The translations under genes were made by a program, and so were the position numbers. A stretch of DNA of 32,000 nucleotides from Coprobacillaceae bacterium (lineage in GTDB: Bacteria > Bacillota_I > Bacilli_A > Erysipelotrichales > Coprobacillaceae): positions 1,650,001 to 1,682,000 of the forward strand of contig OY776328.1 of the NCBI GenBank assembly GCA_963675515.1, written 5' to 3'. This document shows positions 8,496-16,650 of the stretch, piece by piece. The notes below the pieces were generated by a model. That model made no database searches and was not told the DNA's origin. It saw only the letters and a program-made list of their open reading frames with translations. Position 1 is the first letter of the stretch; the number at the start of each line of letters is the position of its first letter.

Positions 8496-10203
8496 TCTTA
8501 CAAAAAAGACCGCCTGGTTCTTTATTCTGGCTCCCGTTGCGATGTTTGTCGAGGTGATCATGGATCTCATGCAGCCCCGCTTTATGGAAAGCATCATCGA
8601 TGTGGGAATCGCCTCCAGGGATATTGATTTCGTCTATATCACCGGGCTGAAGATGATTCTTGCTGCTGTGATAGGACTTATCGGCGGGGTGTCTTGTGGC
8701 ATCTTCGCTTCAAACGGAGCTATTGATGTGGCCACCAGACTGCGTCAGGGAATATTCACAAAAATCCAGAAATTCTCATTTGTCGAGCTGGACCGCTTCA
8801 AGACAAGTTCGCTGATAACGAGGCTTACCAGCGATGTCAACCAGGTGCAGATGATGATGCTTATGATGCTAAGAGGCATGGTCAGGGCGCCGCTTCTTTG
8901 TGTCGGTGGGATAGTGATGGCAATCAGCTCGTCGCTTGGTCTTTCGACCGTCTTTTTGCTTTCGCTGCCGCTTATCCTTATGGCAACCTATCTTGTCCTG
9001 CGCCGCTCGTTTGGCTTGTTTGTAGCAGTCCAAAACCAGCTCGATGGTCTCAACCGCATCCTGCGCCAGAATATTCTGGGAGTCAGGGTGATCAAGGCTC
9101 TCAATCTTCAGTCGATCGAACTTGACGAGTTCGATCAGGCCAATGAAGGACTGATGGAAAAATCGATCGCCGCCCAGAACATGAACATGATCCTGTGGCC
9201 GGTGGTCACACTGATCATGAACCTTTCGGTCGTTGCCGTGCTTTGGTTTGGTGGCAACATGGTCATCAATGGCGACCTGCCAATCGGCAAGATCATGGCT
9301 TTTGTCAACTATCTCATCCAGATAATGAACGCGCTGATCATGGTGGTTACAATCGTTGTCAACTTCTCCAAGGCCCAGGCCTCAACCCAAAGGATAGTAG
9401 AGGTTCTCGATGCACCGATTGCCATTGAAAACGCGCCTGATGCCCAACCTCTTGCCGGATATGACATCGAGCTTGACAATGTCTCATTTTCCTATGGTGA
9501 CAAGGCTGAATATGTGCTAAGGGACATCAGTATCAAGATCCCTTATGGCACGAAAGTGGGCATCATCGGTCCGACCGGTTCAGGCAAAAGCACTTTGACC
9601 TACCTGCTGGGCCGGCTTTATGATGTCAGTTCGGGTACACTTCGAATCGGAGGCAAGGACATCAGGCAACTTGACCTGTTCTCACTTCGCAGTCATTTGG
9701 GTTATGTCCTGCAAGAAAGCCTTCTTTTTTCGGGCACGATTGACGAGAACCTGAAATATGGCAACCCAAAAGCGGACGAAAAACTTGTGGGGGACATGCT
9801 TGAAACCGCCCAGATCGGCGATTTTGTATCTGCCCAGCAAGATGGGGCGAACAGTGCTGTCTACCAGCGGGGCAAGAACTTCTCCGGGGGGCAGAAACAA
9901 AGGCTCTCACTGGCTCGTACGCTCATCAAGCAACCCGACATCCTGATTCTCGATGACGCCACCAGCGCTCTTGATCTAGCCACCGAGGCCCGGGTGCAAA
10001 GCCGTCTCTTTGCAAGCCTGGAAAAGACGACAATCATCACGATCGCCCAGCGGATATCTTCCATTAAAGACATGGACATGATCATTGTCCTTGACGAAGG
10101 CAAAATCCAGGGCCAAGGTGACCACAAGACTCTTATGAAAAATTGTCAGCTGTATCAGGAAATCGCCCAAAGTCAGAAAATCGGAGGACTTACAAATGGC
10201 TAA
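8473..10203 (+). CDS. ABC multidrug-type exporter, permease/ATPase half-transporter, subunit 1 (degenerate nucleotide-binding site)
   Basis: Start re-set to ATG 8473 after AAGGAGGTG (the track uses GTG 8464). It overlaps the marR end by 23 nt. Walker A GPTGSGKST, signature FSGGQKQR, Walker B ILILDDATS (Asp replaces the catalytic Glu), H-loop TIAQR (Gln replaces His). Confidence 0.85.
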   Translation: MIRVIRNNLTKKTAWFFILAPVAMFVEVIMDLMQPRFMESIIDVGIASRDIDFVYITGLKMILAAVIGLIGGVSCGIFASNGAIDVATRLRQGIFTKIQKFSFVELDRFKTSSLITRLTSDVNQVQMMMLMMLRGMVRAPLLCVGGIVMAISSSLGLSTVFLLSLPLILMATYLVLRRSFGLFVAVQNQLDGLNRILRQNILGVRVIKALNLQSIELDEFDQANEGLMEKSIAAQNMNMILWPVVTLIMNLSVVAVLWFGGNMVINGDLPIGKIMAFVNYLIQIMNALIMVVTIVVNFSKAQASTQRIVEVLDAPIAIENAPDAQPLAGYDIELDNVSFSYGDKAEYVLRDISIKIPYGTKVGIIGPTGSGKSTLTYLLGRLYDVSSGTLRIGGKDIRQLDLFSLRSHLGYVLQESLLFSGTIDENLKYGNPKADEKLVGDMLETAQIGDFVSAQQDGANSAVYQRGKNFSGGQKQRLSLARTLIKQPDILILDDATSALDLATEARVQSRLFASLEKTTIITIAQRISSIKDMDMIIVLDEGKIQGQGDHKTLMKNCQLYQEIAQSQKIGGLTNG

Positions 10204-12013
10204 CAATGTTCAAATCAACCCGGGCCGGGGCATGGGAATGGGCCACGGGGGCCGGATGCAAAAACCGTCTAAAATCAAGAATCCCGGCAAGATCCTAAAA
10301 AGGATAATCAAGTATATGGGCGCTTTGAAATGGGTGCTTGTCGCGACTTTTGTCCTTTGCACGATTTCGGTTGCCATCGACATAGTCGCGACGCGGATCA
10401 ACGGATATGCCATCGACAGCTATATCCAGACCAAGGATGTATCGGGATTGTTTTTTATCTGCACAATCATGATCGCCATCTATGCAATTGGCGTGGTGAC
10501 GACCTTCATCCAGAACCGCCTGATGGTCAAAATCGCCCAGGCGACTACCAGAACGATCCGCCAGGACCTGTTTGTCAAAATGGCTCGCCTGCCGATTGGT
10601 TTTTACGACATCCAAAACAGCGGCGATTTGATGAGCCGGGCCACCAATGACATCGACAACATCAATGTCACTCTCTCGCAAAGTATCACGCAGCTTTTCA
10701 TGGGGGCGATAAGCATCGTGGGGATGTCGGTGGCGATGGTCATTTTGAACCCGATCCTGTTTGGAGCCGGATTGACGACCTTGCCGCTGGTCCTGCTTTT
10801 GAGCCGCCTGGTCATCAAAAAGGCCCAGCCTTATTTTGTGGAGGGGCAAAACCAGTTAGGAAAGCTCAATGGCTACATTGAGGAACATATCGCCGGCGAG
10901 AAACTGGTCATTCTATTCAACACTCAAGAGGCGACTCTTGAGGAATTTGCCAGAGAGAACTCAAAACTTCGCACCAGCGCCATCTTGTCTCAAAGCATTT
11001 CCGGGATGCTTGGTCCGGTAAACAACCTAGTCAACAACCTGACTTATTTCATCATCGCCATCACCGGAGCGATCCTGTATCTCAACGGCAACAACATCAC
11101 CATCGGGGTCATTTTCACTTTCATCATTTACATGCGCTCGTTTGTCCGGCCAATCAACCAGATGATGAACACCTTCAATTCGGTTCAGTCGGCCCTGGCC
11201 GGGGCCAAACGGGTCTTCGATGTCATCGACCAGCCGGTTGAAGTCGACTCGGGAACGATTGAAGGAGGGACCATCTTTGGCGAGGTGGTCTTCAAGGACG
11301 TTTCTTTTTCATATGACTTGGACAAACCGATCCTTCAGGGGTTGAACCTGGTTGCCCATCCAGGCAAGGTCACTGCCATAGTCGGGCCAACCGGATCGGG
11401 CAAGACGACAATCGTCAACCTGCTCAACCGGTTTTACGAGGCGAACAGCGGATCAATCACCATCGACAACCGGGAAATCGGTGAATACAATCTGGCCTGG
11501 CTAAGAAAAAACGTCGCCATGGTCCTGCAGGATACCTTCCTGTTCGAACAGACAATCGAGAGGAACATCGCCAATGGCAAACCCGGCGCCTCTTTTGAAG
11601 ACGTTGTCAAAGCCGCCAAGCTGGCCAATGCCCACGGGTTTATCAGGCATTTGCCCGAGGGTTACAAGACAATCCTGGTCGACAACGGAGCGAACCTGTC
11701 CCAGGGGCAGCGCCAGCTGATCGCAATCGCCCGGGCCATCCTGTCCGATGCGAAGATCCTGATTCTTGATGAGGCGACCTCTTCGATTGACACGAAAACG
11801 GAGCAGATCATCCAGGACGCCCTGGTCACTTTGATGGAAGGCAAGACAACCTTCATCATCGCCCACCGTTTGAATACCATCAAAAATGCCGATGAGATAA
11901 TCGTGCTTGACAACGGAAAGATAATCGAACAGGGCAACCACGACCAGCTGTTAGGCCTTGATGGCTTCTATGCGACCCTTTGTCAAAGCCAGTCGCTGGG
12001 AATTGAAATCTAA
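10196..12013 (+). CDS. ABC multidrug-type exporter, permease/ATPase half-transporter, subunit 2 (consensus ATPase site)
   Basis: The ATG overlaps the upstream stop by 8 nt (ATGGCTAA). RBS GGAGGA. Walker A GPTGSGKTT, Walker B ILILDEATS, H-loop IIAHRL, non-canonical signature LSQGQRQ. Confidence 0.85.
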   Translation: MANNVQINPGRGMGMGHGGRMQKPSKIKNPGKILKRIIKYMGALKWVLVATFVLCTISVAIDIVATRINGYAIDSYIQTKDVSGLFFICTIMIAIYAIGVVTTFIQNRLMVKIAQATTRTIRQDLFVKMARLPIGFYDIQNSGDLMSRATNDIDNINVTLSQSITQLFMGAISIVGMSVAMVILNPILFGAGLTTLPLVLLLSRLVIKKAQPYFVEGQNQLGKLNGYIEEHIAGEKLVILFNTQEATLEEFARENSKLRTSAILSQSISGMLGPVNNLVNNLTYFIIAITGAILYLNGNNITIGVIFTFIIYMRSFVRPINQMMNTFNSVQSALAGAKRVFDVIDQPVEVDSGTIEGGTIFGEVVFKDVSFSYDLDKPILQGLNLVAHPGKVTAIVGPTGSGKTTIVNLLNRFYEANSGSITIDNREIGEYNLAWLRKNVAMVLQDTFLFEQTIERNIANGKPGASFEDVVKAAKLANAHGFIRHLPEGYKTILVDNGANLSQGQRQLIAIARAILSDAKILILDEATSSIDTKTEQIIQDALVTLMEGKTTFIIAHRLNTIKNADEIIVLDNGKIIEQGNHDQLLGLDGFYATLCQSQSLGIEI

Positions 12014-12056
12014 GAGTTGCATGATTTGTCAAATAATCAATGTTTAAAAAATCGTG

Positions 12057-12065
12057 TGTTATAAT
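12057..12065 (+). promoter_or_regulatory. Extended -10 element TGtTATAAT (weak or no -35)
   Basis: TG at 12057-12058 with TATAAT at 12060-12065, 20 nt upstream of the ROK-kinase ATG. No terminator is visible after the ABC genes, so read-through is also likely. Confidence 0.4.
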
Positions 12066-12084
12066 CTTGCAAGGAGGGTGCACA

Positions 12085-12999
12085 ATGGAATATTATATCG
12101 GAATTGATTTGGGAGGCACGAATGTGCGGACCATCCTGGCAAATGAGCTGGGAGAAATACTATCGGAGACTGCCGGTCCTTCTAATGCCTCACAGGGCAT
12201 GGAGGAAGTTGTCAAGGTCATCACAGACCAGGTAAAAGGACTCGACTATGGTGGCTGCGGCGGGTTTGACAAGGTGGCCGGAATCGGAATCGGGGTTCCC
12301 GGACTGGTCGATCCCCACAAAAAAGTGATCACCTACGCAAACAATCTGGTTGGCTATGAAAAATTGAATATCTGCGAAATGTTGGAAGAGGAGTTTGAAA
12401 AGCCCTGTTTTATCGACAACGATGCCAATGTCGCCGGTTTGGCTGAAGCGCTGGTCGGGGCAGGCATTGGCTATCCGTCGGTCTACTACATCACCATTTC
12501 GACTGGAATCGGTGGTGCCTATATCTATCAGGGTCAGGTGATTTCGGGCAACAACAATCATGCTGGAGAAGTGGGCAACATGATCGTCGATTCCAACGGC
12601 ATCAAGAACGGACCGATGAATGCCGGAGCGATCGAGACAATGGCCAGCGGGACCGCCCTGGTGAAGATCGGACGCTCTATGGTTTCCAAGGATATCGAAC
12701 ATGCCGGGCAGGTTTTCGAGTTCGCCCATCAGGGCAACCGCCAGGGGGCCATCATCGCCAACCGGGCGATCGACGCCTATGCGACGATGCTTTCAAGCAT
12801 CGCCCTGACCATCGATCCCCACTGTTTCGTGCTGGGTGGGGGCGTTATGAACTCGGCCGATTATTTCCTGGCGGATCTGACGGTCCGGTTCAACAACCTG
12901 CTTTATCCTGGAATGGTAAACAAGACTCCGGTGTATAAAGCCAAGCTGGAATTGCCCGGTGCAATCGGGGCGGCAATGCTTGTCAAATCCCATTTATGA
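12085..12999 (+). CDS. ROK-family sugar kinase (glucokinase-like) lacking the canonical zinc-binding Cys motif
   Basis: Start re-set to ATG 12085 after AAGGAGGG (the track's 12040 start adds 15 aa with no RBS). Motifs: IGIDLGGTNVR, GIGVPGLVD, IDNDANVAGLAEA. Confidence 0.8.
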   Translation: MEYYIGIDLGGTNVRTILANELGEILSETAGPSNASQGMEEVVKVITDQVKGLDYGGCGGFDKVAGIGIGVPGLVDPHKKVITYANNLVGYEKLNICEMLEEEFEKPCFIDNDANVAGLAEALVGAGIGYPSVYYITISTGIGGAYIYQGQVISGNNNHAGEVGNMIVDSNGIKNGPMNAGAIETMASGTALVKIGRSMVSKDIEHAGQVFEFAHQGNRQGAIIANRAIDAYATMLSSIALTIDPHCFVLGGGVMNSADYFLADLTVRFNNLLYPGMVNKTPVYKAKLELPGAIGAAMLVKSHL

Positions 13000-13024
13000 G
13001 GCAAATAGCCTCTTCTTTTTTTTT
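12998..13024 (+). terminator. Rho-independent terminator (short stem, long T-run)
   Basis: Stem GAGGC, loop AAATA, stem GCCTC, followed by TTCTTTTTTTTT. Confidence 0.5.
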
Positions 13025-13069
13025 GGTGTTTGTGATAAGATAAGAAAAATCTAAATCAAGGAGAATTTT

Positions 13070-14188
13070 ATGTCACATATCAAACTGCCACATCAAGTTT
13101 TACAAAATTTCTGCCTGGAGTCGTTCGAGAAATTCGGCTTCACCAGCTCCCAGGCCAACATCATCACCGATGTCCTGCTTCTTTCCGATCTATATGGAAT
13201 CGAATCACACGGAATGCAGCGCCTTTCCCGCTATCACAAGGGGATTGAAAAAGGGATGATCAAGGTCGATGCCTTAGGCGAGGTAGTGTTCGAGACTCCG
13301 GTTTCGGCGGTGATCGACGGTCACGCGGGAATGGGTCAGATCATTTCCAAAGATGCGATGGATATCGCAATCGCCAAAGCTAAAAAAAGCGGGATGGCTA
13401 TTGTAACAGTCCGCAATTCGAACCATTACGGTATTGCTGGATATTATGCGAAAATGGCCAGCGACCAGGGGCTGATCGGGATGAGTTTCACCAACTCGGA
13501 AGCGATCATGGTGCCGACTTTCGGGACAATGGCCATGCTGGGATCCAATCCGATCGCCATCGCGGCTCCGGCCAAACCATATCCTTTCTTCTTCGATGCT
13601 TCAACCACGGTCGTGACCCGCGGGAAACTGGAAATGTACCGCAAGGCGGAAAAGCAGCTTCCTGAAGGATGGGCGCTTGACAAGGATGGCAACCCGTCGA
13701 CAGATGCGCCATACGTCCTTGACAATATCGCAAACAAAAAAGGCGGGGGAATCATGCCAATCGGAGGAGCAATCGAACAGACCGGCTCCCACAAAGGTTA
13801 CGGTTATGGGATGATGGCCGAATTCTTCACTTCGATCCTTTCTCTGGGTCTCACTTCGAACCACACCCATATCGGTGATGTGGGAGGGACATGCCATGGC
13901 TTTATCGCCATCGATCCAAACATCTTCGGTGATGCTGATGCGATAGAAGCGCACCTTTCGACATTCCTTAAGGAACTTCGCGAAACACCTGCGACTCCAG
14001 GCAACCAGGTCTACACCCACGGCCAAAAGGAAGTGGCCGCTTATGCGACCCGGGTGGCTGAAGGAATCGACGTCGATGTAAAGACAGTGGCGGAAATGGC
14101 TCAGCTGGCGAAGTTCGTCGGGGTTGATTTCAACAAATACTTCGGGGAATTGAATCTGGACCTTTCTGAATACCAAAGCGAATATTAA
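13070..14188 (+). CDS. Ldh_2 family (malate/L-lactate/ureidoglycolate-type) NAD(P)-dependent dehydrogenase
   Basis: RBS AAGGAGA. Motifs ESHGMQRLSRY, RNSNHYGIAGYYA, GSNPIA.A.P and GSHKGYG are typical of PF02615. Confidence 0.8.
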   Translation: MSHIKLPHQVLQNFCLESFEKFGFTSSQANIITDVLLLSDLYGIESHGMQRLSRYHKGIEKGMIKVDALGEVVFETPVSAVIDGHAGMGQIISKDAMDIAIAKAKKSGMAIVTVRNSNHYGIAGYYAKMASDQGLIGMSFTNSEAIMVPTFGTMAMLGSNPIAIAAPAKPYPFFFDASTTVVTRGKLEMYRKAEKQLPEGWALDKDGNPSTDAPYVLDNIANKKGGGIMPIGGAIEQTGSHKGYGYGMMAEFFTSILSLGLTSNHTHIGDVGGTCHGFIAIDPNIFGDADAIEAHLSTFLKELRETPATPGNQVYTHGQKEVAAYATRVAEGIDVDVKTVAEMAQLAKFVGVDFNKYFGELNLDLSEYQSEY

Positions 14189-14199
14189 CGGGAGTCCTG

Positions 14200-16389
14200 A
14201 TGGAAGAATACACAGGCCATATCCGTAAAATCCGCTTCTATAATGAGCAATCCAATTTTGTTGTCGCCGATTTCGAGGCCAGGGACGAACTGGACCTGGT
14301 TACCTTTTCAGGCATCATGCTTGATCCCAATCTCTACGATTACTACCAGATCCGGGGCGATTTTGTCGACCATCCCCGTTATGGTTTCCAGTTCAAGCTC
14401 GAATCGTACAAGGTCATTCTTTCTTCCAGTGAACAGGGGGTTATCGCCTATCTGGCGTCCCCGCTTTTCAAAGGAATCGGCAAAAAACAGGCGGAAGAAA
14501 TCGTGGCAACCCTTGGTGAAAACTGTCTTCTGGACATCGTAGAAAATCCCGATCTGCTCGATGGGGTCAAAGGGATGACCAAAGCCAAAAAGGAGACGAT
14601 CATCGCCGGGCTTGGCGCCAGCGAATCCGACAATGAGATCATGCAGTTTTTCTACGAGCATCATCTCAACCTCAAGCACTTTTTGCCTATCAGGTCGTTC
14701 TACAAGAACAAGACCCTCGAAGTCATGTCGACCAAGCCTTATTCGATGATGTATGACATCGACGGGATCGGTTTCAAGACTTGCGACGAGCTGGCACTCA
14801 AGATCGGTTTCGCTCTCGATGACCAGCAACGCCTCGAGGCGGCACTTACCGACAGTTTGAAACAGTACTGTTATCGCAGTGGTAGCGTCTATTGCGACTA
14901 TGCCACCTTGAAAAAAATCGTCGTCAACAAGATCCCGGGCTTCGATGAATCAAATTTTGATGAATATCTTGAAGAGTGCGTCGCCAGCAAGCGGATTATC
15001 CTTCTCGATGGACGTTACTACGATTTCGATCTCTATCAAAGCGAGAACATCGTGGTGAACTATGTCAAGAATCTTGCAGCGATGGAAAGTGAAGCTATCG
15101 ACGAAGCCAAAGTGGCCCAGGCCATTGGCGAGTACCAGGAAAAACACTACATCAACTACGCTCCTGCTCAACTTGATGCCATAAACAGCTTCTTGAAAAA
15201 CTCCTTCTCGATTTTGACGGGAGGACCTGGAACCGGGAAGACCACGGTTGTCAGGGGACTTCTTACGATCTATCGCCAGCTTTACCCCCAGGACCGGATA
15301 GCTTTGCTTGCCCCGACCGGACGGGCGGCCAAGAGGCTCACCGAACTTACCGGAGTGAAGGCGGTGACGATCCATTCGCTGTTGAAATGGGATCTTCACA
15401 CAAACAAGTTCGCCCATAACCAGACCAATCCCCTGGACGTCGAAGTGCTGATCATTGACGAGTTTTCGATGGTCGACAGCTTGCTTTTCGCGGCAGTGGC
15501 CAAGGCGACTCCGGAGGTTTTCAAGGTGCTGGTCATCGGCGACCACCACCAGCTCCCTTCGGTCATGCCAGGCAACCTGCTCAACGACCTGATGGAAGTT
15601 GGACTGGAGACGGTCTGTCTCAATGAGGTATTCCGCCAGGCCAGCGGTTCGGGGATCATCGAGCTTGCCCACGAGATCATCAACGACAAACAAATCGAGC
15701 AAGAACGGTTTTGCCAATACAAGGATATCAATTTTTTCGAATGTCCAAGAAACGCGGTGATAAGAAACATCACGACGATCGTAACCAAGGCCATCGCATC
15801 GTCATATAGCGAGAACGACATCCAGATCCTTGCCCCGATGTATCAGGGGGTTGCCGGAATCGACGCCATCAACATCAACGTGAGGGAACTCTTCAATCCC
15901 GAAAGCGAATCCAAGGTCGAGTTGAAAATCGGGACCCGCCTTTTCAGGGAAGGGGACAAGGTGCTTCAGCTTAAAAACCGGCCGGAAGACGAGGTTTTCA
16001 ATGGCGATATCGGCTATATCATCCAGATCAACAGGAAAGACAATTTCAACTATCTCAAGGATGGGATGATTGTCGATTTCGACGGCAATATTGTCGAATA
16101 TGACGGTTCCACTTTTGTCGAGCTGACCCATGCCTATTGCATGTCGATCCACAAGTCCCAGGGCAGCGAGTTCAAGATCGTCATCATGCCCGTACTTTTC
16201 GACTACTCGATCATGCTCCGGCGCAATCTTATCTACACCGGGCTGTCACGGGCCAAGCAGTCGCTGTTCATCCTGGGCGAATATGACGCCTTTTTAAAGG
16301 GACTAAGCCGCAACTTTGATTCCAACCGCAAAACAAGTCTTGGCTATTTCTATGACAGGGCCTTGACAATGAGCGATTTTGAAAATTAA
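14200..16389 (+). CDS. recD2: RecD2 (YrrC) SF1 5'-3' DNA helicase, RecD/TraA family
   Basis: N-terminal OB-like F.N..S.F.V..F motif. Walker A LTGGPGTGKTT, Walker B LIIDEFSMVD, C-terminal YCMSIHKSQGSEF. It lies upstream of alaS, as in B. subtilis. Confidence 0.9.
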   Translation: MEEYTGHIRKIRFYNEQSNFVVADFEARDELDLVTFSGIMLDPNLYDYYQIRGDFVDHPRYGFQFKLESYKVILSSSEQGVIAYLASPLFKGIGKKQAEEIVATLGENCLLDIVENPDLLDGVKGMTKAKKETIIAGLGASESDNEIMQFFYEHHLNLKHFLPIRSFYKNKTLEVMSTKPYSMMYDIDGIGFKTCDELALKIGFALDDQQRLEAALTDSLKQYCYRSGSVYCDYATLKKIVVNKIPGFDESNFDEYLEECVASKRIILLDGRYYDFDLYQSENIVVNYVKNLAAMESEAIDEAKVAQAIGEYQEKHYINYAPAQLDAINSFLKNSFSILTGGPGTGKTTVVRGLLTIYRQLYPQDRIALLAPTGRAAKRLTELTGVKAVTIHSLLKWDLHTNKFAHNQTNPLDVEVLIIDEFSMVDSLLFAAVAKATPEVFKVLVIGDHHQLPSVMPGNLLNDLMEVGLETVCLNEVFRQASGSGIIELAHEIINDKQIEQERFCQYKDINFFECPRNAVIRNITTIVTKAIASSYSENDIQILAPMYQGVAGIDAININVRELFNPESESKVELKIGTRLFREGDKVLQLKNRPEDEVFNGDIGYIIQINRKDNFNYLKDGMIVDFDGNIVEYDGSTFVELTHAYCMSIHKSQGSEFKIVIMPVLFDYSIMLRRNLIYTGLSRAKQSLFILGEYDAFLKGLSRNFDSNRKTSLGYFYDRALTMSDFEN

Positions 16390-16393
16390 TTTC

Positions 16394-16421
16394 TTGATAT
16401 TTCAAGGGAATCGGCTATAAT
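16394..16421 (+). promoter_or_regulatory. Sigma-A promoter TTGATA-16-TATAAT for the alaS leader
   Basis: -35 at 16394-16399 and -10 at 16416-16421. Confidence 0.6.
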
Positions 16422-16427
16422 GGAATA

Positions 16428-16640
16428 AATCGTTGCGAAAGAATTCTACTTGCGAGCCTTTTTAGAGAGGATATGTCCGGTGCAAATATCCAAGGCGAGC
16501 AGTTCGAAGCTACTTTCAAGAGTAACTAATCCTTACCGGTTAAGCCCCGTTAAAGGCTAATTGAGGGCACCTTTGGGTGAACTAGGATGGTACCGCGACG
16601 AAGTCGTTCCTAGATAGGAGCGGCTTTTTATATTTTTTTG
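16428..16640 (+). promoter_or_regulatory. T-box riboswitch leader, alanine-specific (GCU specifier)
   Basis: Stem I elements AGAGAGG (about 16463) and GGTGCAA (about 16480). Specifier-loop GAA-GCT-A with GCT at 16509-16511. T-box core GGATGGTACCGCG at 16586-16598. Terminator stem GTCGTTCCT/AGGAGCGGC (16603-16624) plus TTTTTATATTTTTTT. Confidence 0.9.
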
Positions 16641-16650
16641 GAGGAAGAGA

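Noticed and set aside
13601-14176. 191-aa minus-strand ORF inside the Ldh_2 gene. Similar cases: 12190-12729 in the ROK gene, 10295-10849 and 11501-11941 in the ABC genes, 4207-4740 in the AKR gene, 28136-28636 in pnp, 1285-1809 in the GNAT gene and 18901-19308 in alaS.
   Set aside because: All are antisense to genes with strong family motifs. Their translations lack recognisable domains, and none has a Shine-Dalgarno sequence.
14950-15717. 255-aa minus-strand ORF inside recD2. The same type occurs at 14308-14829, 15396-15821 and 15802-16152.
   Set aside because: It is antisense to a helicase gene with clear motifs and has no RBS or promoter. The Arg/Gly/Val/Asp-rich low-complexity translation is typical of shadow frames.
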